Below are positions 19,469-31,784 of a stretch of 64,000 nt of DNA, in pieces. The translations under genes and the position numbers were made by a program. The notes beneath the pieces were generated by a model. That model did not search any database. It saw only the letters and a program-made list of their open reading frames with translations, and had not been told where the DNA came from. How positions within the stretch are numbered: position 1 is the stretch's first letter; the number at the start of each line of letters is the position of its first letter. This DNA is from Candidatus Sumerlaeaceae bacterium (GTDB lineage Bacteria; Sumerlaeota; Sumerlaeia; Sumerlaeales; Sumerlaeaceae): positions 32,001-96,000 of the forward strand of contig JBPCLP010000035.1 in the NCBI GenBank assembly GCA_051003195.1, read 5' to 3'.

Positions 19469-20947
19469 ATGAACGCGCAGCGCGCCAAAACGCTGGGAAT
19501 CTTTGCGGCGGTGTTGACTCTTTTCGCATGGGGATGGTGGAGCTTTGGCTTCCCGCCTCCGAAGCCTCTCATCAGCGAACCGGGATCGGACGAATCAACA
19601 CCCGGGACTTCCAACGGACGGATCGTCATCCGCGGCAACAACGCGGCCATGGAGAACGATGCCAAACGTCAGGCGGAGCAGGACCTGGGTAAGCGGCTGT
19701 TTGAGGAACGCTACCCGGATGCGATCATGGGGTTCAGCACCTGGCAGTTTTCTCCCGAAACATTCTTTGCCAAATCCATTGCCGGCACCTTGCCCGAAGT
19801 CATCGGAGTGTTTGCGACGGAAGCAGCGAATCTGCTGGACCGCCGCCTGTGTGCCGACATTACCGAGCAGGTGCAGGGCTGGGAACATGGTTCGCAGCTT
19901 AACATGAACCTGCTTCAGCCGATGATGCGTGACGGCCGTATTTACGGTCTGCCCACGATGCCCGGCTTTTATGTAATGCTGATGTTTTATAACAAGGATA
20001 TGTTCCGCGATGCGGGCATCGTGGACGAACGCGGCGAACCGGTTGCACCAGACACATGGGACGACTTCACTACTGTTGCGAAACGACTGACCGACCGCAC
20101 GAGGGGCATTGCAGGCTTCGGAATCCTGGGAGAAACGGGCGGGAATGGTTGGCACTTTCTTAACTGGGTGTGGCAGGCGGGCGGCGACTTTGAAAAGAAG
20201 CTCCCCGATGGCCGTTGGATTTCCGTGTTCCATGAGCCGCCCGCTGTCCAGGCGCTGCAATTCGTGAAAGACCTGCGCTGGAAACACGACGTGTTACAAC
20301 GTAACGTACTGGCTTCAAATGACGAGTTGTTCCAGCTTTTCGCGTCTGGGCGCATTGCGATGGCTATTTTCACAATGGAGTATCTGCAAAACCTTGTCGA
20401 TAAATACGAGATGCCGCTGCAACGCATTGGTATTGCGTTGCTGCCTGCCGGCCCCGGCGGTCGTGCGAACCAGATTGGCGGTGGCTTCGCGCTGATTAAT
20501 CCGCGGCTGACCGGCTTGCGCAAACAGCGCGCATTCGATATGCTTGTGCTGGACGCGGACCTGCAGGTGATCGACCAGAAGATGAAACTTCTGCACAGCC
20601 AGGGACGCAGAGTGGGGATTCCCGCGGTGCCAATCTTTAAGCCTGAGTACCAGGCGAAGTACGACGCGGTGATCGATAAATACAGGAACCTGCCAGCGCA
20701 ACGCGAGCTCATGGAGGCTGCGGCAAAAGCAGCGCGCTTCGAGCCTGCGCGCGAGAGCCAGACGCTATATCGCGACTACCTCGGACCTGCTGTTCAGGAT
20801 GTGCTGGTAAGTCGCAACGCTAATCCTGGAGCGCTGCTCGATTCCGCATCAAAAAGGTTCCAGGCACGCGTGCTGGACGCATTAAACCGGCAAGCAGCTC
20901 AGCCCGTTCAGCTCCAGCAGCCGTTATCACTCCAGGCGAAAAAATAA
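19469..20947 (+). CDS. Carbohydrate-type ABC transporter extracellular solute-binding protein
   Basis: GRIYGLP, FYNKDMFRDAGI, PDTWDDF, FASGRIAM; N-terminal membrane anchor. Confidence 0.85.
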   Translation: MNAQRAKTLGIFAAVLTLFAWGWWSFGFPPPKPLISEPGSDESTPGTSNGRIVIRGNNAAMENDAKRQAEQDLGKRLFEERYPDAIMGFSTWQFSPETFFAKSIAGTLPEVIGVFATEAANLLDRRLCADITEQVQGWEHGSQLNMNLLQPMMRDGRIYGLPTMPGFYVMLMFYNKDMFRDAGIVDERGEPVAPDTWDDFTTVAKRLTDRTRGIAGFGILGETGGNGWHFLNWVWQAGGDFEKKLPDGRWISVFHEPPAVQALQFVKDLRWKHDVLQRNVLASNDELFQLFASGRIAMAIFTMEYLQNLVDKYEMPLQRIGIALLPAGPGGRANQIGGGFALINPRLTGLRKQRAFDMLVLDADLQVIDQKMKLLHSQGRRVGIPAVPIFKPEYQAKYDAVIDKYRNLPAQRELMEAAAKAARFEPARESQTLYRDYLGPAVQDVLVSRNANPGALLDSASKRFQARVLDALNRQAAQPVQLQQPLSLQAKK

Positions 20948-20973
20948 TTGGCTCCCGCAGGGCGGGAGCCAAT
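20947..20973. terminator. Hairpin terminator between convergent genes
   Basis: ATTGGCTCCCGC-AGG-GCGGGAGCCAAT perfect 12-bp stem; T-rich run follows on the minus strand. Confidence 0.8.
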
Positions 20974-20996
20974 CACGTACGTTCAATTCTACCACA

Positions 20997-21143
20997 CTAG
21001 ATTGCCATCGTTCCGGTGGTCTCGGCCCCGCCCGGTGCCGGGGCCGGTGTGGTTATGTAAGGCTTAAGTCTTGGCCATGCAAAAAAGTAAATAAGTGCCA
21101 GGGCGGCGATGATCAGTACGGCGCCAACGACGTTTCGGTTCAT
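20997..21143 (-). CDS. Small (48 aa) single-pass membrane protein, below the ORF-track cutoff
   Basis: MNRNVVGAVLIIAALALIYFFAWPRLKPYITTPAPAPGGAETTGTMAI; GGAGG upstream; hairpin terminator downstream. Confidence 0.65.
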   Translation of the reverse strand: MNRNVVGAVLIIAALALIYFFAWPRLKPYITTPAPAPGGAETTGTMAI

Positions 21144-21386
21144 ACGAGCTGAAACCTCCGTGTTTCAAGTATTTCCCTCAAGTTAGGTTGCGAAGTAGTT
21201 TTGTAAAAACCGCATTTCAAGGTGCAATTCGTTCAGTCTGAGCACATCGCGGCCATCCAGGTGCCCGGGTTACTAAGCGTATTGACACACACTGCTGCCC
21301 GCCGATTATCCGCCCCCCGACACTAATGAATGGGGGTCGCGTGCGGTGAAGCAGGCGGCGCTTTTTGAAAGGGTTACCGGCGCAAA

Positions 21387-22259
21387 ATGAGCATACTTGT
21401 AGATCGCAATACGCGACTTGTGATTCAGGGCATTTCTGGTAACGAAGGCAAATTTCACGGCCAGCAGATGATCGCTTACGGAACGAAAGTCATGGGTGGC
21501 GTAGTGCCTGGCCGTGGTGGCGAAACCGTGCTCGATGTGCCCGTCTTTAACACCATGGTCGATGCTGTAAAAGCGACGGATGCCAATGCCAGTATCATCT
21601 ACGTACCCGCGAAGTTCGCCGCCGACGCCGCACTCGAATCCATAGATTCCGGAGTAAAGCTTGTCGTTATTATCACCGAAGGTATTCCCACGCTGCAGAT
21701 GGTAAAGGTGTATCACCATGCACGCCAGGTTGGTGTGCGCGTGGTCGGCCCAAATTGTCCCGGGCTTATCTCTCCCGGCAAAGCCAAGGTCGGCATCATG
21801 CCCGGACACATCCACAAAGAAGGCCGGATCGGCCTGATTTCGCGGTCGGGCACGCTCACCTACGAAATTGTGAAGGAGCTTACCGTCTACGGGCTTGGCC
21901 AATCGACCTGTATCGGCATTGGTGGCGACCCGATCATAGGCACGAGTTTCACCGATGCACTTGCCCTGTTCGAGGATGATCCTGAAACGGATGCAGTGGT
22001 GATGATTGGCGAGATTGGCGGCACAGACGAGGAAACGGCTGCCGAATTCGTCAAGAGCAGCATGAAGAAGCCGGTGGTGGGATTCATCGCCGGATTAACC
22101 GCGCCGCCGGGAAAGCGGATGGGCCATGCAGGCGCCATCATCTCCGGGGGCAAAGGAACCGCGAAGGAAAAAATCGCTGCTCTGAACGCTGCGAATATTC
22201 CAGTAGCGGAGCGGCCCGACCAGGTTCCCGGCCTGGTCAGGGAGAAGCTGAAGAAGTAG
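21387..22259 (+). CDS. sucD: Succinyl-CoA synthetase alpha subunit
   Basis: [37 protein letters not shown]. Confidence 0.97.
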   Translation: MSILVDRNTRLVIQGISGNEGKFHGQQMIAYGTKVMGGVVPGRGGETVLDVPVFNTMVDAVKATDANASIIYVPAKFAADAALESIDSGVKLVVIITEGIPTLQMVKVYHHARQVGVRVVGPNCPGLISPGKAKVGIMPGHIHKEGRIGLISRSGTLTYEIVKELTVYGLGQSTCIGIGGDPIIGTSFTDALALFEDDPETDAVVMIGEIGGTDEETAAEFVKSSMKKPVVGFIAGLTAPPGKRMGHAGAIISGGKGTAKEKIAALNAANIPVAERPDQVPGLVREKLKK

Positions 22260-22262
22260 CGA

Positions 22263-23246
22263 TCAGCCGAATACGGCATCCTCACCCGGCTGCGGAACCC
22301 ACAGTCGGCTGTAAGAATAGCCGGCTCTTTCCCACGCAATCCCCAGGCGTTTGGCAGGTTCATCTGCTGGTTCGTCGGTCAGTGGGAATGTATTATGGTG
22401 CACAGCCATGAAGGTCTGCGCGTGCAAATCGCGGTAGGCCTGCACCGCTTCCTCCGGGCTTTGATGCGCGACCTTCATGAACCAGCGGGGCTCGTAAGCG
22501 CCAATGGGAAGCGCGGCGACCTCCACCGCCCCAAACCGCTCGCCAATTTCACGATAGCCGGGAAAGTAGCCGCTGTCACCGGAAAAATAAAACGATCGCG
22601 CGGCGCACTCCAGCCGGTACCCACACCACAAAGAACGGTTTAAGTCGCCAATGCCGCGTTTGCTCCAGTGCTGTGCGGGTGTCGCGGTCACTCGAATCCC
22701 GGCAATATCCGTGGTTTCCCACCAGTCGAGCTGCTCGATGCACTTTGCGCCTTTCGCAGCAAACCACCTACCGAGTCGCAGCGGCACAATAAAACGCTGG
22801 GCGCCGGCGGTGGCGCTGAGTATCTTCCGGATCGTCGTCAAGTCAAGATGGTCGTAGTGGTTGTGGCTGATCAGTACAGCATCCACTGGTAGCACCTGCT
22901 CCAGCGGCAGTCCCGGCGGATGATATCGCCTGGGGCCCAGCCACGTCACCGGCGAACACCTGTCGCCAAACACCGGATCAATCAAAACACGTCTCCCACT
23001 GCCGAATTCTACGAGCACCGCGCTGTGTCCGATCCAGAACACACGCATGCTATCAGGCGAAATGGAACGTCGCGGGTAGTGGCGTGCTTGAAGCGATGAT
23101 GGCCGCACACCCTGCCGACTGCGCGTAAGCATCCAGCGCAGCACATCCAATGGGGGGCGGGGGCCTGCCGCTGGGTCAAGATTGCGGAAACCATTTGCCG
23201 TATGGTGAGGAGGGAGCATCCAAGAACAGAATTTGCTTGGCTGCAT
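22263..23246 (-). CDS. MBL-fold metallo-hydrolase (NAPE-PLD/RomA-like)
   Basis: WIGHS, ISHNHYDHLD, PAQHWS, FSGDSGY, PIGAYEPRWF. Confidence 0.92.
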   Translation of the reverse strand: MQPSKFCSWMLPPHHTANGFRNLDPAAGPRPPLDVLRWMLTRSRQGVRPSSLQARHYPRRSISPDSMRVFWIGHSAVLVEFGSGRRVLIDPVFGDRCSPVTWLGPRRYHPPGLPLEQVLPVDAVLISHNHYDHLDLTTIRKILSATAGAQRFIVPLRLGRWFAAKGAKCIEQLDWWETTDIAGIRVTATPAQHWSKRGIGDLNRSLWCGYRLECAARSFYFSGDSGYFPGYREIGERFGAVEVAALPIGAYEPRWFMKVAHQSPEEAVQAYRDLHAQTFMAVHHNTFPLTDEPADEPAKRLGIAWERAGYSYSRLWVPQPGEDAVFG

Positions 23247-23301
23247 CTGCCATGCAAACCCGTAATCACCATCAATTCAGACTGCACACGGGACGAACTC
23301 T

Positions 23302-25206
23302 ATGACGACTGAACCCATGTATCTCCGCCGGCTGCTGGCGTTTCCACTGTTGTCAGTGCTCGCGCTCACAGTACTTGTCGGCTGTGCGCCGAAAGTCGAT
23401 GAAGACGCGTCACGCACGAATACGAAGGCTGGCGCGGGAGCGGCGGACGAATCCACTACTGGAACCGGCGCCGCTACCACAGATACCACCCTGACTATCG
23501 AGCACCGCGCCGGTCCGGCTCCGTTCAAGTTGCCCTTCCCGGACGCTCTCGCGGCCGAAGACATCAAGCCGGGCAAGCGCGGCGGAAACTTTACATTCGG
23601 CTACTTTGGTGAAGGACCCAAGACGTTTAATCCCATTACCGGGAATGACAGTGCTTCGGGCGACCTCGGCCTGATGATGTTCTCCTCTCTGATTAATCTG
23701 GATTACCAGACCCAGAAGTTCTCCCCGGGATTACTTAAGGAATGGTATATGGAAGATAACAAGGCGCACTGGATCTTGAAGTTGCGCGAGGGGATCAAAT
23801 GGTCGGACGGCCATCCGATCACCGCCGACGACATCCTGTTTACCATCCAGGTAATTTACGATCCCAAGATCCTGAATGCACTGCGCGATATCCTGCAGAT
23901 GGACGGCAAACCAGTGGAATTTGAAAAAGTAGACGCACTCACGGTTCGTGCGAAACTTCCTCGTCCCAGCGCGTCTTTCCAGGCGATGCTCCCCTTCCAG
24001 ATTGTTCCCAAACATGCCTATGAAGAGGCTTATAAGGCCGGGACATTCGCGACCATGATGAACACGGACAGCGACCCGGCGAAGTTTGTGTGCAGTGGCC
24101 CGTTTAAGCTGAAGCAGTATTTCCCGGGTGAGCGCGTGGTGATGGAGCGCAACCCGCACTACTTCCGCTACGACAGCAATGGCACGCAGCTACCCTATCT
24201 GGATACCATGATTATTAGTTATGCGCCTAACATGGATCAGATGCTCTTACGCTTCAAGGGTGGGGAAGTGGACGGGATCACACGTCCGTCGCAGCCGAGC
24301 CTGCCGGATCTGCAGGACAACGCAGCCAAGGGCAACTATACGGTTCATGATGCCGGCCCCGGCACCGCAAGCGACCTGCTGTGGTTTAACCTGAAAGAAG
24401 GTACCAATCCCAAAAGCGGGAACCCGTATGTTGCTCCATGGAAGAGCGTCATTTTTCGGGATGTGCGTTTCCGCCGAGCCATGCTGCATTCCATAGACCG
24501 CGAAAGCATTATTCGCACTGAATTGCGTGGTCAGGCGGAGCTTGGGAAAACATGCGACTCCTCTGCCAATAAGCTCTGGTTCAAGCGCGATGTGCCTGTT
24601 TACGACTATAATCCGGGCAAGGCGAAGGCATTGCTCGAGGAAATGAATCTCAAGGATCGGGACGGCGACGGTATCCGTGAAGACGCCCAAGGCAACAAAG
24701 TCTCCTTCACAATCATTACCAACAAGGGAAACCAGCGCCGCGAACGCTTTGCGCCTCTACTCACGCAGGATATGCGCCAGGTCGGAATTGAGGCCCGCAC
24801 CGATTTTATGGACTTCAACGCGCTGCTTTCGCTGACGGATGAAAGCTACGAGTACGAAGGCTGCATTCTCGGCCTTGCGGGCGGGTCAACACATCCCGCT
24901 AATAAAATGAACACATTTCTAAGCACCGCACGGACGAACCTTTATAATCCCCGCCAGGAAAAACCGGCGACCGACTGGGGTGCTGAGGTCGACAAGCTGT
25001 GTGCCGAGTTCAATTCGACGCTGGATCCCGGATTCCAGTTAAAGGCGTATCACCGGATTCAGGAGATCCACGCACAACAACTGCCCACTCTGCCCCTGTG
25101 GTACCCCAAGGTGTTCGTCGCCTGTTCCAATAAATACGAGAACATCAAACCGGCCGCCACCACGCCGGAACTGATCTGGAACGCCGAAGAGTTCTTTGTT
25201 AAATAG
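23302..25206 (+). CDS. Oligopeptide ABC transporter substrate-binding lipoprotein
   Basis: Lipobox LVGC; PKTFNP, KWSDGHPITADD, RNPHY, DRDGDGIRED. Confidence 0.92.
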   Translation: MTTEPMYLRRLLAFPLLSVLALTVLVGCAPKVDEDASRTNTKAGAGAADESTTGTGAATTDTTLTIEHRAGPAPFKLPFPDALAAEDIKPGKRGGNFTFGYFGEGPKTFNPITGNDSASGDLGLMMFSSLINLDYQTQKFSPGLLKEWYMEDNKAHWILKLREGIKWSDGHPITADDILFTIQVIYDPKILNALRDILQMDGKPVEFEKVDALTVRAKLPRPSASFQAMLPFQIVPKHAYEEAYKAGTFATMMNTDSDPAKFVCSGPFKLKQYFPGERVVMERNPHYFRYDSNGTQLPYLDTMIISYAPNMDQMLLRFKGGEVDGITRPSQPSLPDLQDNAAKGNYTVHDAGPGTASDLLWFNLKEGTNPKSGNPYVAPWKSVIFRDVRFRRAMLHSIDRESIIRTELRGQAELGKTCDSSANKLWFKRDVPVYDYNPGKAKALLEEMNLKDRDGDGIREDAQGNKVSFTIITNKGNQRRERFAPLLTQDMRQVGIEARTDFMDFNALLSLTDESYEYEGCILGLAGGSTHPANKMNTFLSTARTNLYNPRQEKPATDWGAEVDKLCAEFNSTLDPGFQLKAYHRIQEIHAQQLPTLPLWYPKVFVACSNKYENIKPAATTPELIWNAEEFFVK

Positions 25207-25221
25207 GGGACGCCGGCAGTA

Positions 25222-26196
25222 ATGCTCAAACTGCTATTCAGGAGAGTGCTGCAGTCCATCCCGCTGCTGCTGGCGATTTCGGCGGTGACGTTTTTTCTGC
25301 TGTTTCATTCGCCGGGCAACTACCTGTCGGCACTGAAACAGAACCCGAAGTACTCCGATGCCACCATCGCACTGATGACGAAACAGATGGGGCTGGATAA
25401 ACCGTGGTACTCGGTCTGGGGCCACTGGGTCTGGCGCGTGGTGACAAAAGCCGATCTCGGCATGACGCTCGCCGAGCAGCGTCCTGTCATATCCGTTCTC
25501 AAGGAGCGGCTGTTCGGCACCTTTATCCTGGCGTTCGCGGCGACGGTGTTCGCGTGGGTCATCGGCATGCCGCTGGGCATGGTGGCGGCAGTGCGCCATG
25601 ATCGCTGGCCGGACCGGATCGCATCGGGGATCGCCTTCTTCGGCCTGAGTATTCCCTCCGTCCTGCTGGCCATGTTGTGTGTGTATTTCGCCTCGGTGAG
25701 CGGATGGTTTCCGACCGGGCAGATGACTGGCGAAGATGCGCACCCGGAACTGCGCTCACGCTGGCATAACTTTGTTACCATTTCGCATCACCTGGTTCTT
25801 CCGGCGTTTACTCTCGGCATGGGAATGCTGGCCGTCTACACGCGCCAGATGCGCTCCAACCTGCTCGAAACTCTGCAGGCGGATTATCTGCGTACCGCCC
25901 TGGCCAAAGGACTCACAACCCGAGCGGCGGTCTTCAAGCATGCGTTGCGCAATGCGCTGAATCCCCTTATTACATTGTTCGGGTTTTCGATCAGCGAACT
26001 TCTGAGCGGCGCCATTCTCGTCGAGTCGGTATTCGCGTGGCCCGGTCTCGGGCGCGTCACCATTGAAGCGTATCACATGAAGGACATGTTCCTCGTCGCG
26101 AGCGCGGTCATCATGGGTGCGGTAATGCTGATCATTGGGAATTTCATCGCAGACATCCTTTTGGCTGCCAACGATCCAAGGATCCGATATGAGTGA
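25222..26196 (+). CDS. Oligopeptide ABC transporter permease (OppB/AppB-like)
   Basis: RTALAKGL, HALRNAL, ESVFAWPGLG, DPRIRY. Confidence 0.93.
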   Translation: MLKLLFRRVLQSIPLLLAISAVTFFLLFHSPGNYLSALKQNPKYSDATIALMTKQMGLDKPWYSVWGHWVWRVVTKADLGMTLAEQRPVISVLKERLFGTFILAFAATVFAWVIGMPLGMVAAVRHDRWPDRIASGIAFFGLSIPSVLLAMLCVYFASVSGWFPTGQMTGEDAHPELRSRWHNFVTISHHLVLPAFTLGMGMLAVYTRQMRSNLLETLQADYLRTALAKGLTTRAAVFKHALRNALNPLITLFGFSISELLSGAILVESVFAWPGLGRVTIEAYHMKDMFLVASAVIMGAVMLIIGNFIADILLAANDPRIRYE

Positions 26197-27403
26197 ACCC
26201 GGCTCCGCGGGGCAGGACATCCCGGGAAGCGGCGTTGTAGCGGCGACGCCAACCGGCGCCCCCGCAACAGTACCGCACAGCACACAAATGCCCGCATCTG
26301 CTCCGCTGCCGTCGCCAGCGCGGCTGGCCTGGCGCAGGCTGCGAAAAAACCGAACCGCAGTATTCGGCGGACTCATCCTGATCGTCCTTTATACCGTTAC
26401 TATTTTCGGCAGTTTCGTCGGTCCACGCGACCCCGCGTTACGTAACAAGCTGACACCCGACCACCCGCCGACCTGGCCCCGTTTCTTCGATGAAAAGGGA
26501 AAATTCCACCCTCGGCCATTCGTCTATGGCATGACCCTGGTGGACGAGATGCGTCACCTCTATAAGTTCGACCTCTCGAAAAAGTATCCCATTCGTTTAC
26601 TCGTTAAAGGTGAGCCCTACAAGCTATGGTGGCTTTTTCCGTCCGACTTGCACCTGTTCGGTGTGGACCAGGGCGGATTCATCGCACCGCTCGGCACTAA
26701 TTCTTCCGGGCAGGATACTTTTTCGCGCCTGCTGGCCGGCGCCAAGATTTCCTTATCCATCGGTCTCGTCGCTATTGCGATCACAACGACCCTGGCCATG
26801 CTTTTCGGTTCGATGGCGGGCTACTTTGGCGGCATTGCAGACGCCGTCATTATGCGTATCGTAGAATTCCTGATGTCGATTCCTGCGCTTTACTTGATCA
26901 TTGCATTGCGAGCTTATTTTCAGACCCAGGGATTGTTTGGTCTTGGCGGCGAAACACCCACATCAGGCGAAATGTACCTGATTATCATCATTATCCTTAG
27001 CCTGATTGGGTGGGCTCAACCAGCGCGCGTGATCCGTGGGATGGTCCTGTCATTGAAAGAGCAGGAATACATTCTGTCAGAAAGGGCGCTTGGTGCGTCG
27101 ACGTTTCGTATCCTGACGCGACACGTGTTGCCAAACACGTTGAGTTATGTGATCATTGCCGCCACCATTCTCGTTCCCTATTACATTCTTGGGGAAATCG
27201 CGCTGAGTTACCTGGGTGTCGGGATTCAGCACCCGCAGGTGAGCTGGGGCATCCTGCTGGAAGAGGCGCAAAGCCCCACTACGATGCGTGAATTCCCGTG
27301 GCTGTTGCTGGCTCCCGCAGGCGCAATTTTCCTCACAGTGATGGCTTTTAATTTCCTGGGCGACGGGCTTCGTGACGCGCTCGATCCTAAACACGTCAAA
27401 TAA
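26189..27403 (+). CDS. Oligopeptide ABC transporter permease (OppC/AppC-like)
   Basis: AWRRLRKNR, LGTNSSGQDTFSR, RHVLPN, FNFLGDGLRDALDP; ATG overlaps the upstream gene end. Confidence 0.93.
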   Translation: MSEPGSAGQDIPGSGVVAATPTGAPATVPHSTQMPASAPLPSPARLAWRRLRKNRTAVFGGLILIVLYTVTIFGSFVGPRDPALRNKLTPDHPPTWPRFFDEKGKFHPRPFVYGMTLVDEMRHLYKFDLSKKYPIRLLVKGEPYKLWWLFPSDLHLFGVDQGGFIAPLGTNSSGQDTFSRLLAGAKISLSIGLVAIAITTTLAMLFGSMAGYFGGIADAVIMRIVEFLMSIPALYLIIALRAYFQTQGLFGLGGETPTSGEMYLIIIIILSLIGWAQPARVIRGMVLSLKEQEYILSERALGASTFRILTRHVLPNTLSYVIIAATILVPYYILGEIALSYLGVGIQHPQVSWGILLEEAQSPTTMREFPWLLLAPAGAIFLTVMAFNFLGDGLRDALDPKHVK

Positions 27404-27406
27404 GCC

Positions 27407-27688
27407 ATGGTCATTGCCCTTTTCCGCGTCCGCCTGCACATTCCGTTCTCCCACTCGCTCAAAGAGAAACGCAGCGTGTTGAAGCGTACCATCCACCACC
27501 TGCGCACCTCCTACAACTGCGCCGTTTCCGAGATCGACGACCAGGACTTGTGGCAAAGCGCGGTTCTGGCCATCGTGACAGTCTATGCCAACCGTGCCCA
27601 GGTGGATTCCCTTTTCCGCGCCGTTGAACGGGACCTGAGCACCTCTGGAGATTTTGAGCTTGTCGGCCAGCAGATTGAAATTTTGTGA
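27407..27688 (+). CDS. DUF503 (YlxP-like) protein
   Basis: SHSLKEKRSV, YNCAVSEIDDQDLWQ. Confidence 0.88.
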   Translation: MVIALFRVRLHIPFSHSLKEKRSVLKRTIHHLRTSYNCAVSEIDDQDLWQSAVLAIVTVYANRAQVDSLFRAVERDLSTSGDFELVGQQIEIL

Positions 27689-27746
27689 TGCTAACCAGCG
27701 TCTTTAACAAACTTGTCTCTTGCTACCTGCATGGCATCGAGGTTAA

Positions 27747-29438
27747 ATGACCAATATTAACATGTCCAATTCGCCTGATGGCGCTCCGGAAGTTCCGGCT
27801 GGGCCGGGGCCCTCTGAGCCGGAATACGTAGACAGCGAGCCGCGCGACCGCGCATGGCGCGAGTGGCTGCTGCTGGGCGTTGGTTGCTTCCTTATGGCCG
27901 CCGCATTGCGCTTTGTGCGAATCGGCTACAGCGAGTTTTTTGGGGCAGAATTCCGTTCGCTGGACCTGCTTTCGGGCCAGCGCCAGCCGAGCCTGCTTGC
28001 GGCGCTGCTGCACGGCGAATTGTCAATTTACTATCCGCTGTTGTCGCTTTGGACCAGGTTTAGCGGTTTAACAAGCGAGGCGCTTCTGCGCCTCCCTTCC
28101 GCCATGCTTGGGCTGCTCGCGTGGCTGGCATTTTTTGCGTTCTCCCGCAGCTATTTGCGCGGCACGGCTTTCCTTATCTGCATCCTCGTATTTGCTCTCA
28201 ATCCAATCCTTGTGGAATCATCCAACGATGTCGCCCCTTACGCGCTGCTTGCCCTGTGCACCGTGCTGGCAAATTACATGGCGGTGCGCGCTCTCGACAA
28301 AGGTGGACGGGCAAACTGGATCGGCTATGCCGCGGCATCCACCGCAGGCGTATTGACTCACCCGCTGTTCTGGTTCGTGCTTCCTGCCCATTTCCTGTTC
28401 GCAGTTCTGCGCCGCCGCCGTACGCCCGAACCATTCCGGGGAATCAGCACCGCCGGCATTGCTATTATCCCGCTGGTGGCCGCGGGGCTGGCAATCTATG
28501 CCAATCGTAGCTTTCCTGAACTCGCAGGCGCGCGTACCCAGGCGCCGTCCGTTTCCGACCTGCTACGTAATCTCGTCTCCGTCGCGATCGGCAACTTCCA
28601 GCGGTTTGGGGCCAACGAATTTGCCCGTGGAATCATGTACGTCTACATTCTGGCCTGCCTGGGGCTCAGCTACGTATATTACCGGAAGCGTTCGGCCGAA
28701 GCCATGGCCATGCCCGAGAACGTCGTCTGGATTGATGAAACGCAGGACGTGGTTGGCCGCTGGCAGCGGCTTAGTCTCCGCGCTTTCCTGCTCTTCCAGT
28801 GGTTTACATTTCTCGTGCCGGCGCTCGGCATTATGCTCATGGGTTCCGTCTTGCCCGGGCTCAGGCTCACGCCCGAGATGTTCATCATCGTATTGCCGCC
28901 ACTTATCGTTCTCATAGCCATGGGCATCGACGCCGCCCCTCGAAATCTTATCGTGTCGCTGGGACTGCTGCTGGTATTAGGCATGGCTAACTACGATGTC
29001 CGCACCTTGTCAGATCGCGGTTATGGAATTAAACAGGCTTTTGAGTTGATCCGCAAAGAGGTAAAATTCGACCCGGCGAAAGACGCGATTCTCTACACTG
29101 CACCCAAGCAGATCCGACGCTCGGTGGAACAGTATCGCAATGAGCTCCCTGCCACCGCTATTGAAGCGGCCGATAAAACGGAAGAATTCGTCGAGCGTCA
29201 GCAGCGCCTGGAGAAGCTGATGCAAAATCGAGATCGGGCAATCGTGATTTATCACGATGACAGCCGGACGATCGGCAAGAGCGAGGGCCGCTCTCCCGTA
29301 CGCGAATGGATGAAGCCGAACAATGGTTTTGAGCTCGCCGACCGCAAGTGGACTGACAAAGATCTCAGCCCTGTCGAGAAAACAGAATTGCGCGTATATA
29401 CGCGCCGGGCCGCCGGGCTACCCGCCACACCCGAATAG
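27747..29438 (+). CDS. GT-C fold membrane glycosyltransferase-like protein (family 39/PMT-like)
   Basis: Many TM segments; YYPLLSLW...SEALLRLPSA, NP, PYAL motifs; soluble C-terminal domain. Confidence 0.75.
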   Translation: MTNINMSNSPDGAPEVPAGPGPSEPEYVDSEPRDRAWREWLLLGVGCFLMAAALRFVRIGYSEFFGAEFRSLDLLSGQRQPSLLAALLHGELSIYYPLLSLWTRFSGLTSEALLRLPSAMLGLLAWLAFFAFSRSYLRGTAFLICILVFALNPILVESSNDVAPYALLALCTVLANYMAVRALDKGGRANWIGYAAASTAGVLTHPLFWFVLPAHFLFAVLRRRRTPEPFRGISTAGIAIIPLVAAGLAIYANRSFPELAGARTQAPSVSDLLRNLVSVAIGNFQRFGANEFARGIMYVYILACLGLSYVYYRKRSAEAMAMPENVVWIDETQDVVGRWQRLSLRAFLLFQWFTFLVPALGIMLMGSVLPGLRLTPEMFIIVLPPLIVLIAMGIDAAPRNLIVSLGLLLVLGMANYDVRTLSDRGYGIKQAFELIRKEVKFDPAKDAILYTAPKQIRRSVEQYRNELPATAIEAADKTEEFVERQQRLEKLMQNRDRAIVIYHDDSRTIGKSEGRSPVREWMKPNNGFELADRKWTDKDLSPVEKTELRVYTRRAAGLPATPE

Positions 29439-29496
29439 CGCGCAAGCAGTAATACTGCTCCTCGCGTCCGGGGTACTTCCATGTTGGGCTTTGGAG

Positions 29497-31734
<2,238 letters not shown>

Positions 31735-31784
31735 TTACTATTACTTATTGTTGAACACAGGTTCGAAAGACTCGGACTGAAGAT

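Noticed and set aside
20975..21000. ACCACACTAG resembling an end of the ~95-bp repeat family
   Set aside because: Only about 10 bp of similarity, overlapping a stop codon; could be chance.
21282..21311. Sigma-70 promoter for sucD (perfect TTGACA)
   Set aside because: No convincing -10 hexamer at 16-18 bp spacing.
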